Source of the DNA: Acidobacteria bacterium RIFCSPHIGHO2_01_FULL_67_28
GTDB lineage: Bacteria > Acidobacteriota > Terriglobia > Acidiferrales > 2-02-FULL-67-57
Length of the DNA: 27,529 bases
Direction: 5' to 3'
Assembly: GCA_001766965.1 (NCBI GenBank)
Contig: MEKM01000184.1
Coordinates: forward strand, 1-27,529
Below the pieces are notes generated by a model. That model was not told the DNA's origin. It searched no databases and saw only the letters and a program-made list of their open reading frames with translations. A program made the position numbers and the translations under genes. This document shows, piece after piece, positions 7,221 through 15,900 of the stretch. How positions within the stretch are numbered: the first letter of the stretch is position 1; the number at the start of each line of letters is the position of its first letter.

Positions 7221-9020
7221 CTAATGCGGCCCGCGCACGGACAGCAGCAGGCGCGAGGGATGGTGGCGGTTGTGGTAAATGCGCAGCCTAGCCTGGCGCG
7301 TTTCGGCCGAGCTGACTTCGGATTCTCCCGTGTGCAAGTTCCGGGAGAAATGAGGGAAGAAGCTGCTCGAGATTTGCACGCGCAGTCGGTGGCCGCGGCG
7401 GAAGACATTGCTGGTCACCAGGTTCGTGAGTTCGAGCTTGTACACGCGGCCGGGGGCGAGCCGCCGCCGGCGGCCGGGCTGGCGGTAGCTGGCGCGGAGG
7501 AGGTCGAGGCCGGGGCTCATGAGGTTGAGAGCGGTGCCGTCGGGAGCGACGTCGAGCAGCCGCACCCAGAGGTCGGTGTCGGGCGCGTCGCACCCGAGGT
7601 AAATCTCCGCGGTGATGGGCCCGGTGACTTCGAGGTCGTTTTCGAGCGGCGGTGTCTCGTAGATGAGCACGTCCGGTCGGTGCGCCATGGCGCGGTAGTC
7701 CTGCGCGCCGGAGTAGGGCGGGTGGAGGTCGGTGACCGGGTTCGCCGGGTCGGAGAGGAAGGAACGGAAGCTCTCGGCCTCGGCCGGCTGGCTCCAGCGG
7801 AGCCGCCCGTGTTCGCCCGGGGCGGCGGGCGCGGCGAGATAGAGCGGGGTCGAGCGCGTGCCCGGGAGTGGCCAGGTCTCGGCCCGCTCCCAGCTGTTGC
7901 GGCCCATCACGAAGACCTCGACCGGCTTCTCGCGGTCAACGCCGTTCTCGACTCCCTTCACGTAGCGGTCCATCCAGCGCAGCACCACCTCGTCGTAATC
8001 AATCGCCGCCTGCGGGCCGAACTGGCGGAGGCCGGCGGCCGTGCTGCGGGTTTCTTCGACGCCGTGCGACCATGGGCCGATCACGAGCTTCGCCCGCAGC
8101 TCGCGCCGGTGGCGGCGCGCCGCCGCGAGCCCCAAAAAGTTGGTCAGGGCGCCTTCGGGGCCGTAGGCCTCGTCGTACCAGCCGGAGAGGTTGAGCACGG
8201 CGGCGTCGATTTTCTCGTAGTGCCCGCGGAGCTCGCACCACTCCCACCAGCGGTCCTCGGGCGGATGGCTCATCCATTCGTAGTAGTAGGGCGCGACCTC
8301 TTTCAGGTCGGGAAGCTCCCGCAGGGGCAGGTGGCCGCGCAGGCGGTCGCGGCGGCGAACCCATTCGGCGCGGGCTTCGGCGTAGGTCTTCGGGCCGGGC
8401 AGGTTCTGGCGGAGGCGGGCGTGGGGGGCGATGTTATTCCAGATCCAGCCGATCCACGAGAGGTCGAAGACGCCGCCGGAGTAAAAGAAGTTGCGCGGGG
8501 AGGAGAAGGTCATCGCCGGCGCCATCGCCTTCAGGTGCGGCGGGCGCTCTTTGGCGGCCAGCCACTGCACCGCGCCGGGATAGGACAGCCCGAAGGTGCC
8601 CACCGCGCCGTTCGACCACGGCTGTCGCGCCGCCCATTCGATGGTGTCATAGCCGTCGCGGCCTTCCTGCTGGTAGGGCCGGAACTCCCCCGCGGAGGCG
8701 TAGCGCCCGCGCACGTCCTGGATGACAACGGCGTAGCCGCGCTCGACCGCGCGGCGGAAGATGGTGTAGTCCTCCTGCGCGGCCTGCTTGTCGTAGGGCG
8801 TGCGGTAGACGAGCACGGGGCACCGCCCCGCGCCGCGGGGTCGCCAGATGTCAGCGCGCAGCACGACGCCGTCGCGCATGGGCACGGCCACATCCCGCTC
8901 GAGGAGAAACTCGTCGGCGGGGCGTTCCGATGCGGGGCGGCCCACTCCGGCCAGCACCAGCGCGGCCGCGAGGAGGGCCGCGCGGCCAGCGAGCCTCTTG
9001 GCCGCGCGCGGGGTCCTCAT
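7221..9020 (-). CDS. CocE/NonD family hydrolase (peptidase S15), exported
   Basis: 599 aa. VPMRDGVVLRADIWRP, RTPY, QDVRGRYASAG, nucleophile motif GLSYPG, PepX_C-like C-terminal domain (HRLRVQISSSFFPHFSRN). N-terminal signal-like sequence. Confidence 0.93.
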   Translation of the reverse strand: MRTPRAAKRLAGRAALLAAALVLAGVGRPASERPADEFLLERDVAVPMRDGVVLRADIWRPRGAGRCPVLVYRTPYDKQAAQEDYTIFRRAVERGYAVVIQDVRGRYASAGEFRPYQQEGRDGYDTIEWAARQPWSNGAVGTFGLSYPGAVQWLAAKERPPHLKAMAPAMTFSSPRNFFYSGGVFDLSWIGWIWNNIAPHARLRQNLPGPKTYAEARAEWVRRRDRLRGHLPLRELPDLKEVAPYYYEWMSHPPEDRWWEWCELRGHYEKIDAAVLNLSGWYDEAYGPEGALTNFLGLAAARRHRRELRAKLVIGPWSHGVEETRSTAAGLRQFGPQAAIDYDEVVLRWMDRYVKGVENGVDREKPVEVFVMGRNSWERAETWPLPGTRSTPLYLAAPAAPGEHGRLRWSQPAEAESFRSFLSDPANPVTDLHPPYSGAQDYRAMAHRPDVLIYETPPLENDLEVTGPITAEIYLGCDAPDTDLWVRLLDVAPDGTALNLMSPGLDLLRASYRQPGRRRRLAPGRVYKLELTNLVTSNVFRRGHRLRVQISSSFFPHFSRNLHTGESEVSSAETRQARLRIYHNRHHPSRLLLSVRGPH

Positions 9021-9049
9021 CGCGCCCAGTATGCTACAATCCGCGCCCC
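9021..9049. promoter_or_regulatory. 29-bp divergent intergenic region with overlapping -10 elements and no SD for either gene
   Basis: Plus: TGcTACAAT (9032-9040), 9 nt before GTG 9050. Minus: TAGCAT (9031-9036) or CATACT (9028-9033), 10 or 7 nt before ATG 9020. Confidence 0.55.
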
Positions 9050-10357
9050 GTGATACGAAGACTGTTCTGCCCGCCAGTCCTCGCCGCCGTGTTGTTGACG
9101 GCCACCGCGACCGCCGGCGAACCCTCCCGCACGGTGGCGCTGCGGTGCGGACGGGTCCTAGACGTGCGCTCGGGCGCGCTGCTGCGCGACCAGGTGGTGG
9201 TTGTCTCCGGCGACCGCATCGTCGTGGTCGGCCCAGCCGCCTCCACCCCGGTGCCGGCTGGCGCCGACGTGATTGACTTGAGCGGAGCCACTGTCCTGCC
9301 CGGCCTGATTGACACCCACACGCACCTGGTCGACGACTTCGACTCTTATGACGCCACGGCCCCGCTCCAAAAGAGTGGGGCGCGGATGGCCTTTGACAGC
9401 CTCCGGCACGCCCAAGCCACGCTCTTGGCTGGCTTCACCTCGGTGCGTGACCTCGGCACTTATCGGGCCTTCGTGGACGTGGCTTTGCGCGACGCCATCG
9501 AGCGCGGGGTTGTCCTCGGACCGCGCCTCCAGCCCGCCGGCGCCTACGTCACCGTCTCCGGCGGCGCCGGCGCGCTCACGGGTCTTGCGCCCGACCTGGA
9601 GCTCCCGCTCGAGCTGCGCTTCGGCGTGGCCGACGGGCCCGACCAGGTGCGCCAACGCGTGCGCGAAATCATCCGCCGCGGTGCGGGCGTCATCAAAGTG
9701 CTGGCCACGGGCGCTGTGCTCACCCCGCACAGCCAGCCGGCCGCGCAGGAATTCACTTACGAGGAGCTGCGCGCGGCCGTCGAGGAGGCCGGCAAAGCGG
9801 GCCTGAAGGTTGCGGCCCACGCCCACAGCGCCGCCGGCGCCAAGGATGCCATCCGCGCCGGGGTGGCCTCCATCGAACACGGCAGCTTCCTGGACGACGA
9901 AGCCCTGCGGATGATGAAGGAGCGCGGCGTCTTCCTCGTGCCCGACCTCTACAACCACGAAGTCATCCTGGCCGGGCGCGCCCGCGGCTACCCTGAAGAG
10001 TTCATCGAGAAGGAGCGGGCGGCGGGCGAGTCGCAGCGCCGCGTCTTCCGCCGCGCCCTGGAGCTGGGGGTGCGCATCGCCTACGGGACGGACGCCGCGG
10101 TGATTCCCCACGGCGACAACGCCCGGCAGTTTGCCGTCTACGTCGCGCACGGGATGAGCCCGCTGGCCGCCCTGCGCTCGGCGACCCTCGAGGCGGCGGA
10201 GTTGCTGGGCTGGGCCGACCGCGTCGGGAGTTTGGAGCCGGGCAAACTGGCCGACTTGATCGCCGTGGACGGCAACCCGCTCGAAGACGTCCACGTGCTC
10301 GAGCGCGTGGGCTTCGTGATGAAAGATGGCCGGGTGGTCAAGAACGAGTTCCGGTGA
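9050..10357 (+). CDS. Metal-dependent amidohydrolase (Xaa-Pro dipeptidase-like, M38), exported, 435 aa
   Basis: GTG 9050 start with signal peptide (track ATG 8930 overlaps the divergent gene). DTHTHL, KVLATG, AHAHS, IEHGS, GTDAAV. Confidence 0.92.
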   Translation: MIRRLFCPPVLAAVLLTATATAGEPSRTVALRCGRVLDVRSGALLRDQVVVVSGDRIVVVGPAASTPVPAGADVIDLSGATVLPGLIDTHTHLVDDFDSYDATAPLQKSGARMAFDSLRHAQATLLAGFTSVRDLGTYRAFVDVALRDAIERGVVLGPRLQPAGAYVTVSGGAGALTGLAPDLELPLELRFGVADGPDQVRQRVREIIRRGAGVIKVLATGAVLTPHSQPAAQEFTYEELRAAVEEAGKAGLKVAAHAHSAAGAKDAIRAGVASIEHGSFLDDEALRMMKERGVFLVPDLYNHEVILAGRARGYPEEFIEKERAAGESQRRVFRRALELGVRIAYGTDAAVIPHGDNARQFAVYVAHGMSPLAALRSATLEAAELLGWADRVGSLEPGKLADLIAVDGNPLEDVHVLERVGFVMKDGRVVKNEFR

Positions 10358-10469
10358 CCGGCGTCGGGCGGGAAGCGGCCAAAGCTTGACAGCCGTGCTA
10401 CCCTCGGGGACAGGAAGCGGTCATAACTCGGGGTTGCCGGTTCATCCTGCCTGGGTACGGGGGGTGGGT

Positions 10470-13400
10470 ATGAGAACACGGTCCTTCCTTATGTTCCTGC
10501 TGGCGGTACTCCTCCTGGGAGGAGCCTCGCCGGTCTTCGCCCAGAAGATTACCGGAGATATCACCGGGACCGTTACCGATCCCAGTGGGGCCGTGGTGCC
10601 CGGCGCTACGGTGACAGCGGAGAATGTGGGGACGGGGTTGTCGCGCTCGGCCAAGACTGCGGCCACCGGCGATTACCGCCTGGTCGAGCTGCCCCCCGGC
10701 ACGTACAAAGTTACCGTTAGTGCCACCGGCTTCAAGACTGTCGTTGGCGACGTTCAGGTGGCCATTGGCATCATTACCCACGCCGACTTCAGCTTGCAGG
10801 TGGGCGAGCGGACAGAGACGGTCACGGTGGAGGCGGTGGCGGCTCTTATCGAGACCGAGGAGAATCGCCAGAACACCCTGATCGACTCCCGGCGCATCGA
10901 AGACCTGCCGCTGAGCGGGCGCGACTTCAATAGCCTCCTGCAAGTGGTCCCCGGGGTGCAGCGGGCCCCCGGCGGGGGATTCCTGACCGTGAACATCAAC
11001 GGCCTGCGCCGCACCTCCAACAACTTCGCGGTGGACGGCATCCCCAACAACGACCGCTACTACGGGGACTCCGCCCTGAACCAGGTGGCCATCGCGGGCA
11101 CCGCCGCCACCCTCGTGCCCCTGGAAGGCATCTCCGAGTTCAGCGTCCAATCCAACCCTGGGGGAGAGTACGGCATCAAGGGCGGTTCCGTCATCAACGT
11201 GGGATTGAGGGGCGGCACCAATGACTTCCACGGACAGGTTTTTTGGTTCCGGCATACCGACGTCACCGACGCCCGCAACTTTTTCAGCGAAGAGGCAACG
11301 CCCTTCCGCCTGAACCAGGTGGGCGCCGTGGTCGGCGGTCCCATCGTCAAGAACAAGACGTTCTTCTACGCCTCCTACCAGGCCTTTCGCCTCAAGGATT
11401 TCTTCCCCTACACCGCGGACGTCCCCACCCCGGGGGAAGTAGCGGCCGCCCTGGCCTGCGTAACCACCGGAGCGGGTTGCCTGATCCCGGGGCTGGCGAT
11501 CCCCGGGCCGGGTGACGACATGATCTTCGGCACCGGCGACGACGGCACCCCCAACACCACCGGGCTCAACCTGCTCAGCTTCTACCCCATCAACCCGGCG
11601 GGTTTTGTGTTTGTCAGCGCTCCCAACACCTTGAAGGTGGACGGCTTCCACATCAAGATTGACCACGTCTTCAACGAGCGCCACAACCTCTCCGCCAAAT
11701 ACATTTTCGGCGATAGCGAACAATCCCAGCCCGCCTTCAGCGGCACTCTGGTGCCGCCGTCGCCCAACCCCGCCGACATGTTCAATTCCGTTTCTCCCAC
11801 GCGGTCACAACTGTTCGGGCTCGGCTGGGTATGGAACATCTCCACGGACAAGATTCTGGAGAGCCGGGCGGGGATGACGCGCTTTTCGCAGCTCATTGAC
11901 GTCAACAACAAGGTCAACCCGCTTGACCTGGGCATCAACACCGGCCCGCTCAGCCCGGCCGACTTCGGGGTGCCTGCCGTCTACTACCTGGGGTACTTCG
12001 GCTACATCGGCGGCGTCGGCGGCTACCCCATCACCACCCGGCCCAACCAGACCTACGATTGGCAGGAGCACTTCACCTGGCTGCGGGGCAAGCACACCCT
12101 CAAGTTCGGCGGCCAGTACCAGCACGCCTACACCAACAGCGTCCGCACCCGCGCCCGCGGGGAGCTGGACGTGGCTTTTACCGGTAACCACGTCCTCGCC
12201 TTGCAGCAATTGCTGTTGGGTTTTTGGGACGGGGCCAGCCGTTTCTTCGGCGACAGCACCCGGCACATCTTCCAGGACTCGGTGGGCTTCTACGCCCAGG
12301 ACACCTGGAAGATCCATCCTCACGTGACGTTGCAACTCGGGGTGCGCTACGACGTAAGCGGCGCGCTGGGCGAAGAGCGCGACCAGTGCGCCAACTTCCT
12401 GCCCGGCGACCCGATGGCCGGCCCCGAGGGCTTCGTGCTCTGCTCCGACCGGCCCCTGTACGGCGTCGACAAGAACAATTTCGGTCCGCGGGTCGGGGTG
12501 GCCTGGGACGTCACCGGCCGCGGCAAGACCGTGCTGCGCGGCGGCTACACTTTGAACTACGACATCCCCAACTTTGGCTCCATCCACGCTCCCCGGACCG
12601 GCTTCGTCGGCGGGTCGCGGGCGGGCGCCTTCACCCAAATCCCCCAGGGGAACTTCGGAGTCCAGATCTCCACTACGCCGCCGGCCAACCAGGCTCTCTT
12701 TGCCGGCAACGCCTTTTGTGCGGTTTTCCTGTGCGTCAGTCCGGGGGTGCCCATCTACGGGCCCAACGTGCTTCCCGACCCGCCCTTCAATGTCTTCTCG
12801 GTGGTGCCCAACTTGAAGACTCCCATGGTGCACCTCTACAACCTCACCTTCCAGCAGGAGGTCACCAAGCAGTCCGTCTTCACCCTGGCCTACGTCGGCT
12901 CCCACGGCGAGAGCCTGCTCATCTATCGGGATGCAAACGCCTCGCCCCTGGGCTGCGCCGCCATCACTGACAACCCGCCAGTGGGGCTCACGCCGAACGA
13001 CACCTGCATCCCCTTCGCCCGTCCGCTGGCGGCCGCCCTCCCGGACATCGAGCACGTCATCGAGCTGACGAACGCCTCCTGGTCGTGGTTCGACAGCCTG
13101 CAGGCTTCCTTCCAGATGCGCAACTGGCGGGGACTGACCGGCCAGACCAACTTTACCTGGGCGAACTCGCGGGATACCGGCTCCAACAACCGCAGCGACC
13201 GCGACGACTTCACTCAACTGAACAACCCCTTCACCATCCGGAACATGTATGGCCCCTCGGAGCACGACGTGCGCTTGAACTTCAACCTCAGCCTCGTCTA
13301 CGACGCTCCCACCATTCCCAACATCCCCCGCCTGTTGGGAGAAGGCTGGCAGTTCAACTCTTATTACCAAGCCCTCACCGGCCGACCCTTCACGCCGCTG

Positions 13401-13838
13401 TACACTGCCTCCTCCGACCCGGCCCGCGACCCCTCCGGGCAGGGGGGGGTCGGCTCCATTCGCGCCAACTGCAACGGCACGCCCATCTACAATCCGGGCG
13501 ATCCCGACAACTACATAACCAACCCGGGAATCTTCAGCAAACCGTTGCCGGGCACGGTTGGAACCTGCGGACGCAACACACTGCGGGCGCCCGGCTTGAG
13601 CCAGTGGGACTTGGGCGTGTTCAAGAACACGCGCTTCAAGGAGCGCTACACCATCCAGTTCCGCTGGGAAGTCTTTAACATCCTGAACCGCACCAACTTC
13701 AGCTACGCCCCGACGAACAGCATGCGCAGCGGGTCCTTCGGCACGCTGCGGGAGACGTCCGACGTCTTCGCCTTGAACGCCGTGCTGGGCCAGGGGGCGG
13801 CGCGCTCGATGCAGTTCGGGATCAAGTTCATTTTCTAG
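10470..13838 (+). CDS. TonB-dependent receptor, Oar-like, with N-terminal carboxypeptidase-regulatory-like domain, 1122 aa
   Basis: Signal peptide MRTRSFLMFLLAVLLLGGASPVFA, ITGTVTDPSGAVVPGATVT, LPLSGRDF, NFAVDG, FGPRVGVAWD, C-terminal QFGIKFIF (beta-signal Phe). Confidence 0.95.
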   Translation: MRTRSFLMFLLAVLLLGGASPVFAQKITGDITGTVTDPSGAVVPGATVTAENVGTGLSRSAKTAATGDYRLVELPPGTYKVTVSATGFKTVVGDVQVAIGIITHADFSLQVGERTETVTVEAVAALIETEENRQNTLIDSRRIEDLPLSGRDFNSLLQVVPGVQRAPGGGFLTVNINGLRRTSNNFAVDGIPNNDRYYGDSALNQVAIAGTAATLVPLEGISEFSVQSNPGGEYGIKGGSVINVGLRGGTNDFHGQVFWFRHTDVTDARNFFSEEATPFRLNQVGAVVGGPIVKNKTFFYASYQAFRLKDFFPYTADVPTPGEVAAALACVTTGAGCLIPGLAIPGPGDDMIFGTGDDGTPNTTGLNLLSFYPINPAGFVFVSAPNTLKVDGFHIKIDHVFNERHNLSAKYIFGDSEQSQPAFSGTLVPPSPNPADMFNSVSPTRSQLFGLGWVWNISTDKILESRAGMTRFSQLIDVNNKVNPLDLGINTGPLSPADFGVPAVYYLGYFGYIGGVGGYPITTRPNQTYDWQEHFTWLRGKHTLKFGGQYQHAYTNSVRTRARGELDVAFTGNHVLALQQLLLGFWDGASRFFGDSTRHIFQDSVGFYAQDTWKIHPHVTLQLGVRYDVSGALGEERDQCANFLPGDPMAGPEGFVLCSDRPLYGVDKNNFGPRVGVAWDVTGRGKTVLRGGYTLNYDIPNFGSIHAPRTGFVGGSRAGAFTQIPQGNFGVQISTTPPANQALFAGNAFCAVFLCVSPGVPIYGPNVLPDPPFNVFSVVPNLKTPMVHLYNLTFQQEVTKQSVFTLAYVGSHGESLLIYRDANASPLGCAAITDNPPVGLTPNDTCIPFARPLAAALPDIEHVIELTNASWSWFDSLQASFQMRNWRGLTGQTNFTWANSRDTGSNNRSDRDDFTQLNNPFTIRNMYGPSEHDVRLNFNLSLVYDAPTIPNIPRLLGEGWQFNSYYQALTGRPFTPLYTASSDPARDPSGQGGVGSIRANCNGTPIYNPGDPDNYITNPGIFSKPLPGTVGTCGRNTLRAPGLSQWDLGVFKNTRFKERYTIQFRWEVFNILNRTNFSYAPTNSMRSGSFGTLRETSDVFALNAVLGQGAARSMQFGIKFIF

Positions 13839-13861
13839 CCGGACGCCAGCCGGCTTCCTTT
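13837..13861 (+). terminator. Intrinsic terminator-like hairpin after the receptor gene
   Basis: AGCCGG-acgccag-CCGGCT followed by TCCTTT. Confidence 0.45.
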
Positions 13862-13865
13862 CCGG

Positions 13866-13889
13866 GAGTCTACCCACCGTGGTAGACTC
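13866..13889. promoter_or_regulatory. Perfect 9-bp inverted repeat overlapping an extended -10 for the sulfatase-like gene
   Basis: GAGTCTACC-caccgt-GGTAGACTC. TGgTAGACT at 13880-13888, 10 nt before ATG 13899, no SD. Confidence 0.55.
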
Positions 13890-13898
13890 GCTCGTTCT

Positions 13899-15839
13899 AT
13901 GCCCCGCAGGCTCCTGACGGCGATACTCCTCTTCCTCAGCGCGCCGCTCGGCGCGGCGGCCGCTGCGCCCGACATCGTCCTCATCACCCTCGACACCACC
14001 CGGGCCGACCGCATGGGCTTCCTCGGCTCCAAGCGCGGCCTGACTCCGCACCTGGACGCGCTGGCCCGCGACGGCGTCGTCTTCCTCCGCGCCTATGCGC
14101 AGGCCCCGCTGACCACCGTCTCCCACGCCACCCTCTTCACCGGCACCTACCCGCAGTTCCACCGCGTCAACGACTTTGGCGTCCCGCTGCCCGCCGAGCT
14201 ACCCGCCTTGGCTGAGCTTCTCCAGCAGCGCGGCTACCGCACGGCCGCCTTCGTGGGCGCCATCATCCTCGACCCCCGCAACGGCCTGGCGCCCGGGTTT
14301 GACCGCGGTTTTGACCTCTATGACGCCGGCTTCCGCCTCCGCCGCGGTCGCGAAGACCGCTACCAAACTATGGAGCGCCGCGCCGAGGAGGTCGTCCGGC
14401 GTGCGGTCGCCTGGGTGGAGCAGAACCCGCCGCGGCCCTTCTTCCTCTGGGTGCACCTTTTTGACCCGCACGACCCCTACGAGCCGCCGCCGCCGTACCG
14501 ACAGCGGTTCGCCTCTGCCTATGATGGCGAAATCGCTTACACCGACGCCGCCGTGGGCCGCCTGCTCGCCGCCCTGCGCGCCCGCCGGCTCTACGACGAG
14601 GCTCTCATCGCCGTCGCCAGCGATCACGGCGAGGCCCTCGGCGACCACGGCGAGAAGACCCACGGAATCTTCCTCTACGACGACACCCTTCGCGTGCCGC
14701 TGGTTCTGAAGTTCCCGCAGGGAAAGTCAGCCGGTCGGCGCCTTCAAAGCGCGGTGGGTTTGATAGACCTCGCCCCGACTATCCTCGCAGTGGCAGGCGC
14801 GGCCGTTCCGCCGCCGATGCAGGGCCGCTCCTTGCTGGGCCTGCTGGCCGGCCCGCCCCTCGAGCAGCCTGCTTACGCGGAAACCGACTACCCGCGCCGC
14901 GCCTTCGGCTGGAACTCGCTGGCCGCCTGGCGCAGCGGCGACTACCTGTTTGTCTCCGCCCCGCGGCGCGAGCTCTACGCCTTGAGTGGGGACCCAAAGG
15001 CGGCGCGCAACCTGGCCGAGAAGAAGCCGGCCGAGGCCGACAAGCTGGCCGCCGAGCTCGAAGCCTTCCGCCGCCGCACGGAACGCGCTGTCCCCGCGGG
15101 CGCCGAGTCAGGCCTCGACCCGAAGGAGATGGAAAAGCTCACCGCACTCGGCTACGTCGGCGGCGGCTTCCGGCCGCTGCCGACGGGCGGGCCGTCGGGC
15201 ACGGACCCGAAGGATAAGATCCAAGTAGCCAATGCCCTGCACGATGCCATCTTGGCCATCGAAAGTGGCCAGCCGCAGCAGGCGGTGCCGCTGCTCGAGC
15301 AGGTTGTCGCCGACAACCCGCAGATGTACATCGCCCAGTACCAGTTGGGCGTGGCGCTCGTCCGGCAGCGGAAGTACCGCGAAGCGATTCCTCCGCTCGA
15401 GAACGCCGTCGCCCTGCTGCCCGACTCGTCCATGGCGCACTACGAGTTGGGGTTCGCGCTGTTCGAGACCGGCGTCTGGAAGACCGCCGCCGCTCACTTC
15501 GAGCTGGCCGTGAGCCGCATGCCCAAGTTCGCCGATGCCCACTTCTCCTTGGCCGCCGTCTATGCCCGCATCGACCGCGTCCCGGAAGCGGTCCAGGAGC
15601 TCGAAACCGCTCTGGCCCTCAACCCCCAGCACTCCCGCGCTCACCTGCTTCTCGGGCGCATCCTCACTCTTCAGGGTCGGGCCGCCGACGGCCTGCCGCA
15701 CCTGGAGCAGGCCGCGGCGCTCGAGCCGGACCTGGCCGAAGTCTATTTGTTCCTCGCCGACGCCTACGCCCGCCTGGGCCGCGTCGAGGATGCCCGTCGC
15801 GCCCGCGACCAGGCCGAGCGCCTGCGCCGCCCGCGCTAG
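13899..15839 (+). CDS. Sulfatase-fold (alkaline phosphatase superfamily) protein with C-terminal TPR repeats, exported
   Basis: 646 aa. IVLITLDTTRAD, PLTTVSHATLFTG, LWVHLFDPHDPY, ASDHGE, VPLVLKFP, KLTALGY, then several TPR helix pairs. Confidence 0.92.
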   Translation: MPRRLLTAILLFLSAPLGAAAAAPDIVLITLDTTRADRMGFLGSKRGLTPHLDALARDGVVFLRAYAQAPLTTVSHATLFTGTYPQFHRVNDFGVPLPAELPALAELLQQRGYRTAAFVGAIILDPRNGLAPGFDRGFDLYDAGFRLRRGREDRYQTMERRAEEVVRRAVAWVEQNPPRPFFLWVHLFDPHDPYEPPPPYRQRFASAYDGEIAYTDAAVGRLLAALRARRLYDEALIAVASDHGEALGDHGEKTHGIFLYDDTLRVPLVLKFPQGKSAGRRLQSAVGLIDLAPTILAVAGAAVPPPMQGRSLLGLLAGPPLEQPAYAETDYPRRAFGWNSLAAWRSGDYLFVSAPRRELYALSGDPKAARNLAEKKPAEADKLAAELEAFRRRTERAVPAGAESGLDPKEMEKLTALGYVGGGFRPLPTGGPSGTDPKDKIQVANALHDAILAIESGQPQQAVPLLEQVVADNPQMYIAQYQLGVALVRQRKYREAIPPLENAVALLPDSSMAHYELGFALFETGVWKTAAAHFELAVSRMPKFADAHFSLAAVYARIDRVPEAVQELETALALNPQHSRAHLLLGRILTLQGRAADGLPHLEQAAALEPDLAEVYLFLADAYARLGRVEDARRARDQAERLRRPR

Positions 15840-15864
15840 TCGGCTGGCCTCGCTTCCGGGGATT

Positions 15865-15890
15865 TGTTAGAATCCGGCCGCTTCCGGAGG
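15865..15890 (+). promoter_or_regulatory. Extended -10 promoter and SD for the CoA-transferase operon
   Basis: TGtTAGAAT at 15865-15873, GGAGG at 15886-15890, GTG start at 15901. Confidence 0.6.
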
Positions 15891-15900
15891 CGGCTCTTCC

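Noticed and set aside
10358-10469. Cobalamin or other riboswitch upstream of the TonB receptor
   Set aside because: Region is only 112 nt and lacks the B12-box and GCCACTG elements; no other riboswitch consensus recognised.
11805-14162. 785-aa minus-strand ORF (also 7224..9053, 17159..18928, 19147..20490, 24959..26893)
   Set aside because: Codon-register mirror images of real genes; V/G/D/E-rich with no domain features, SD or signal.
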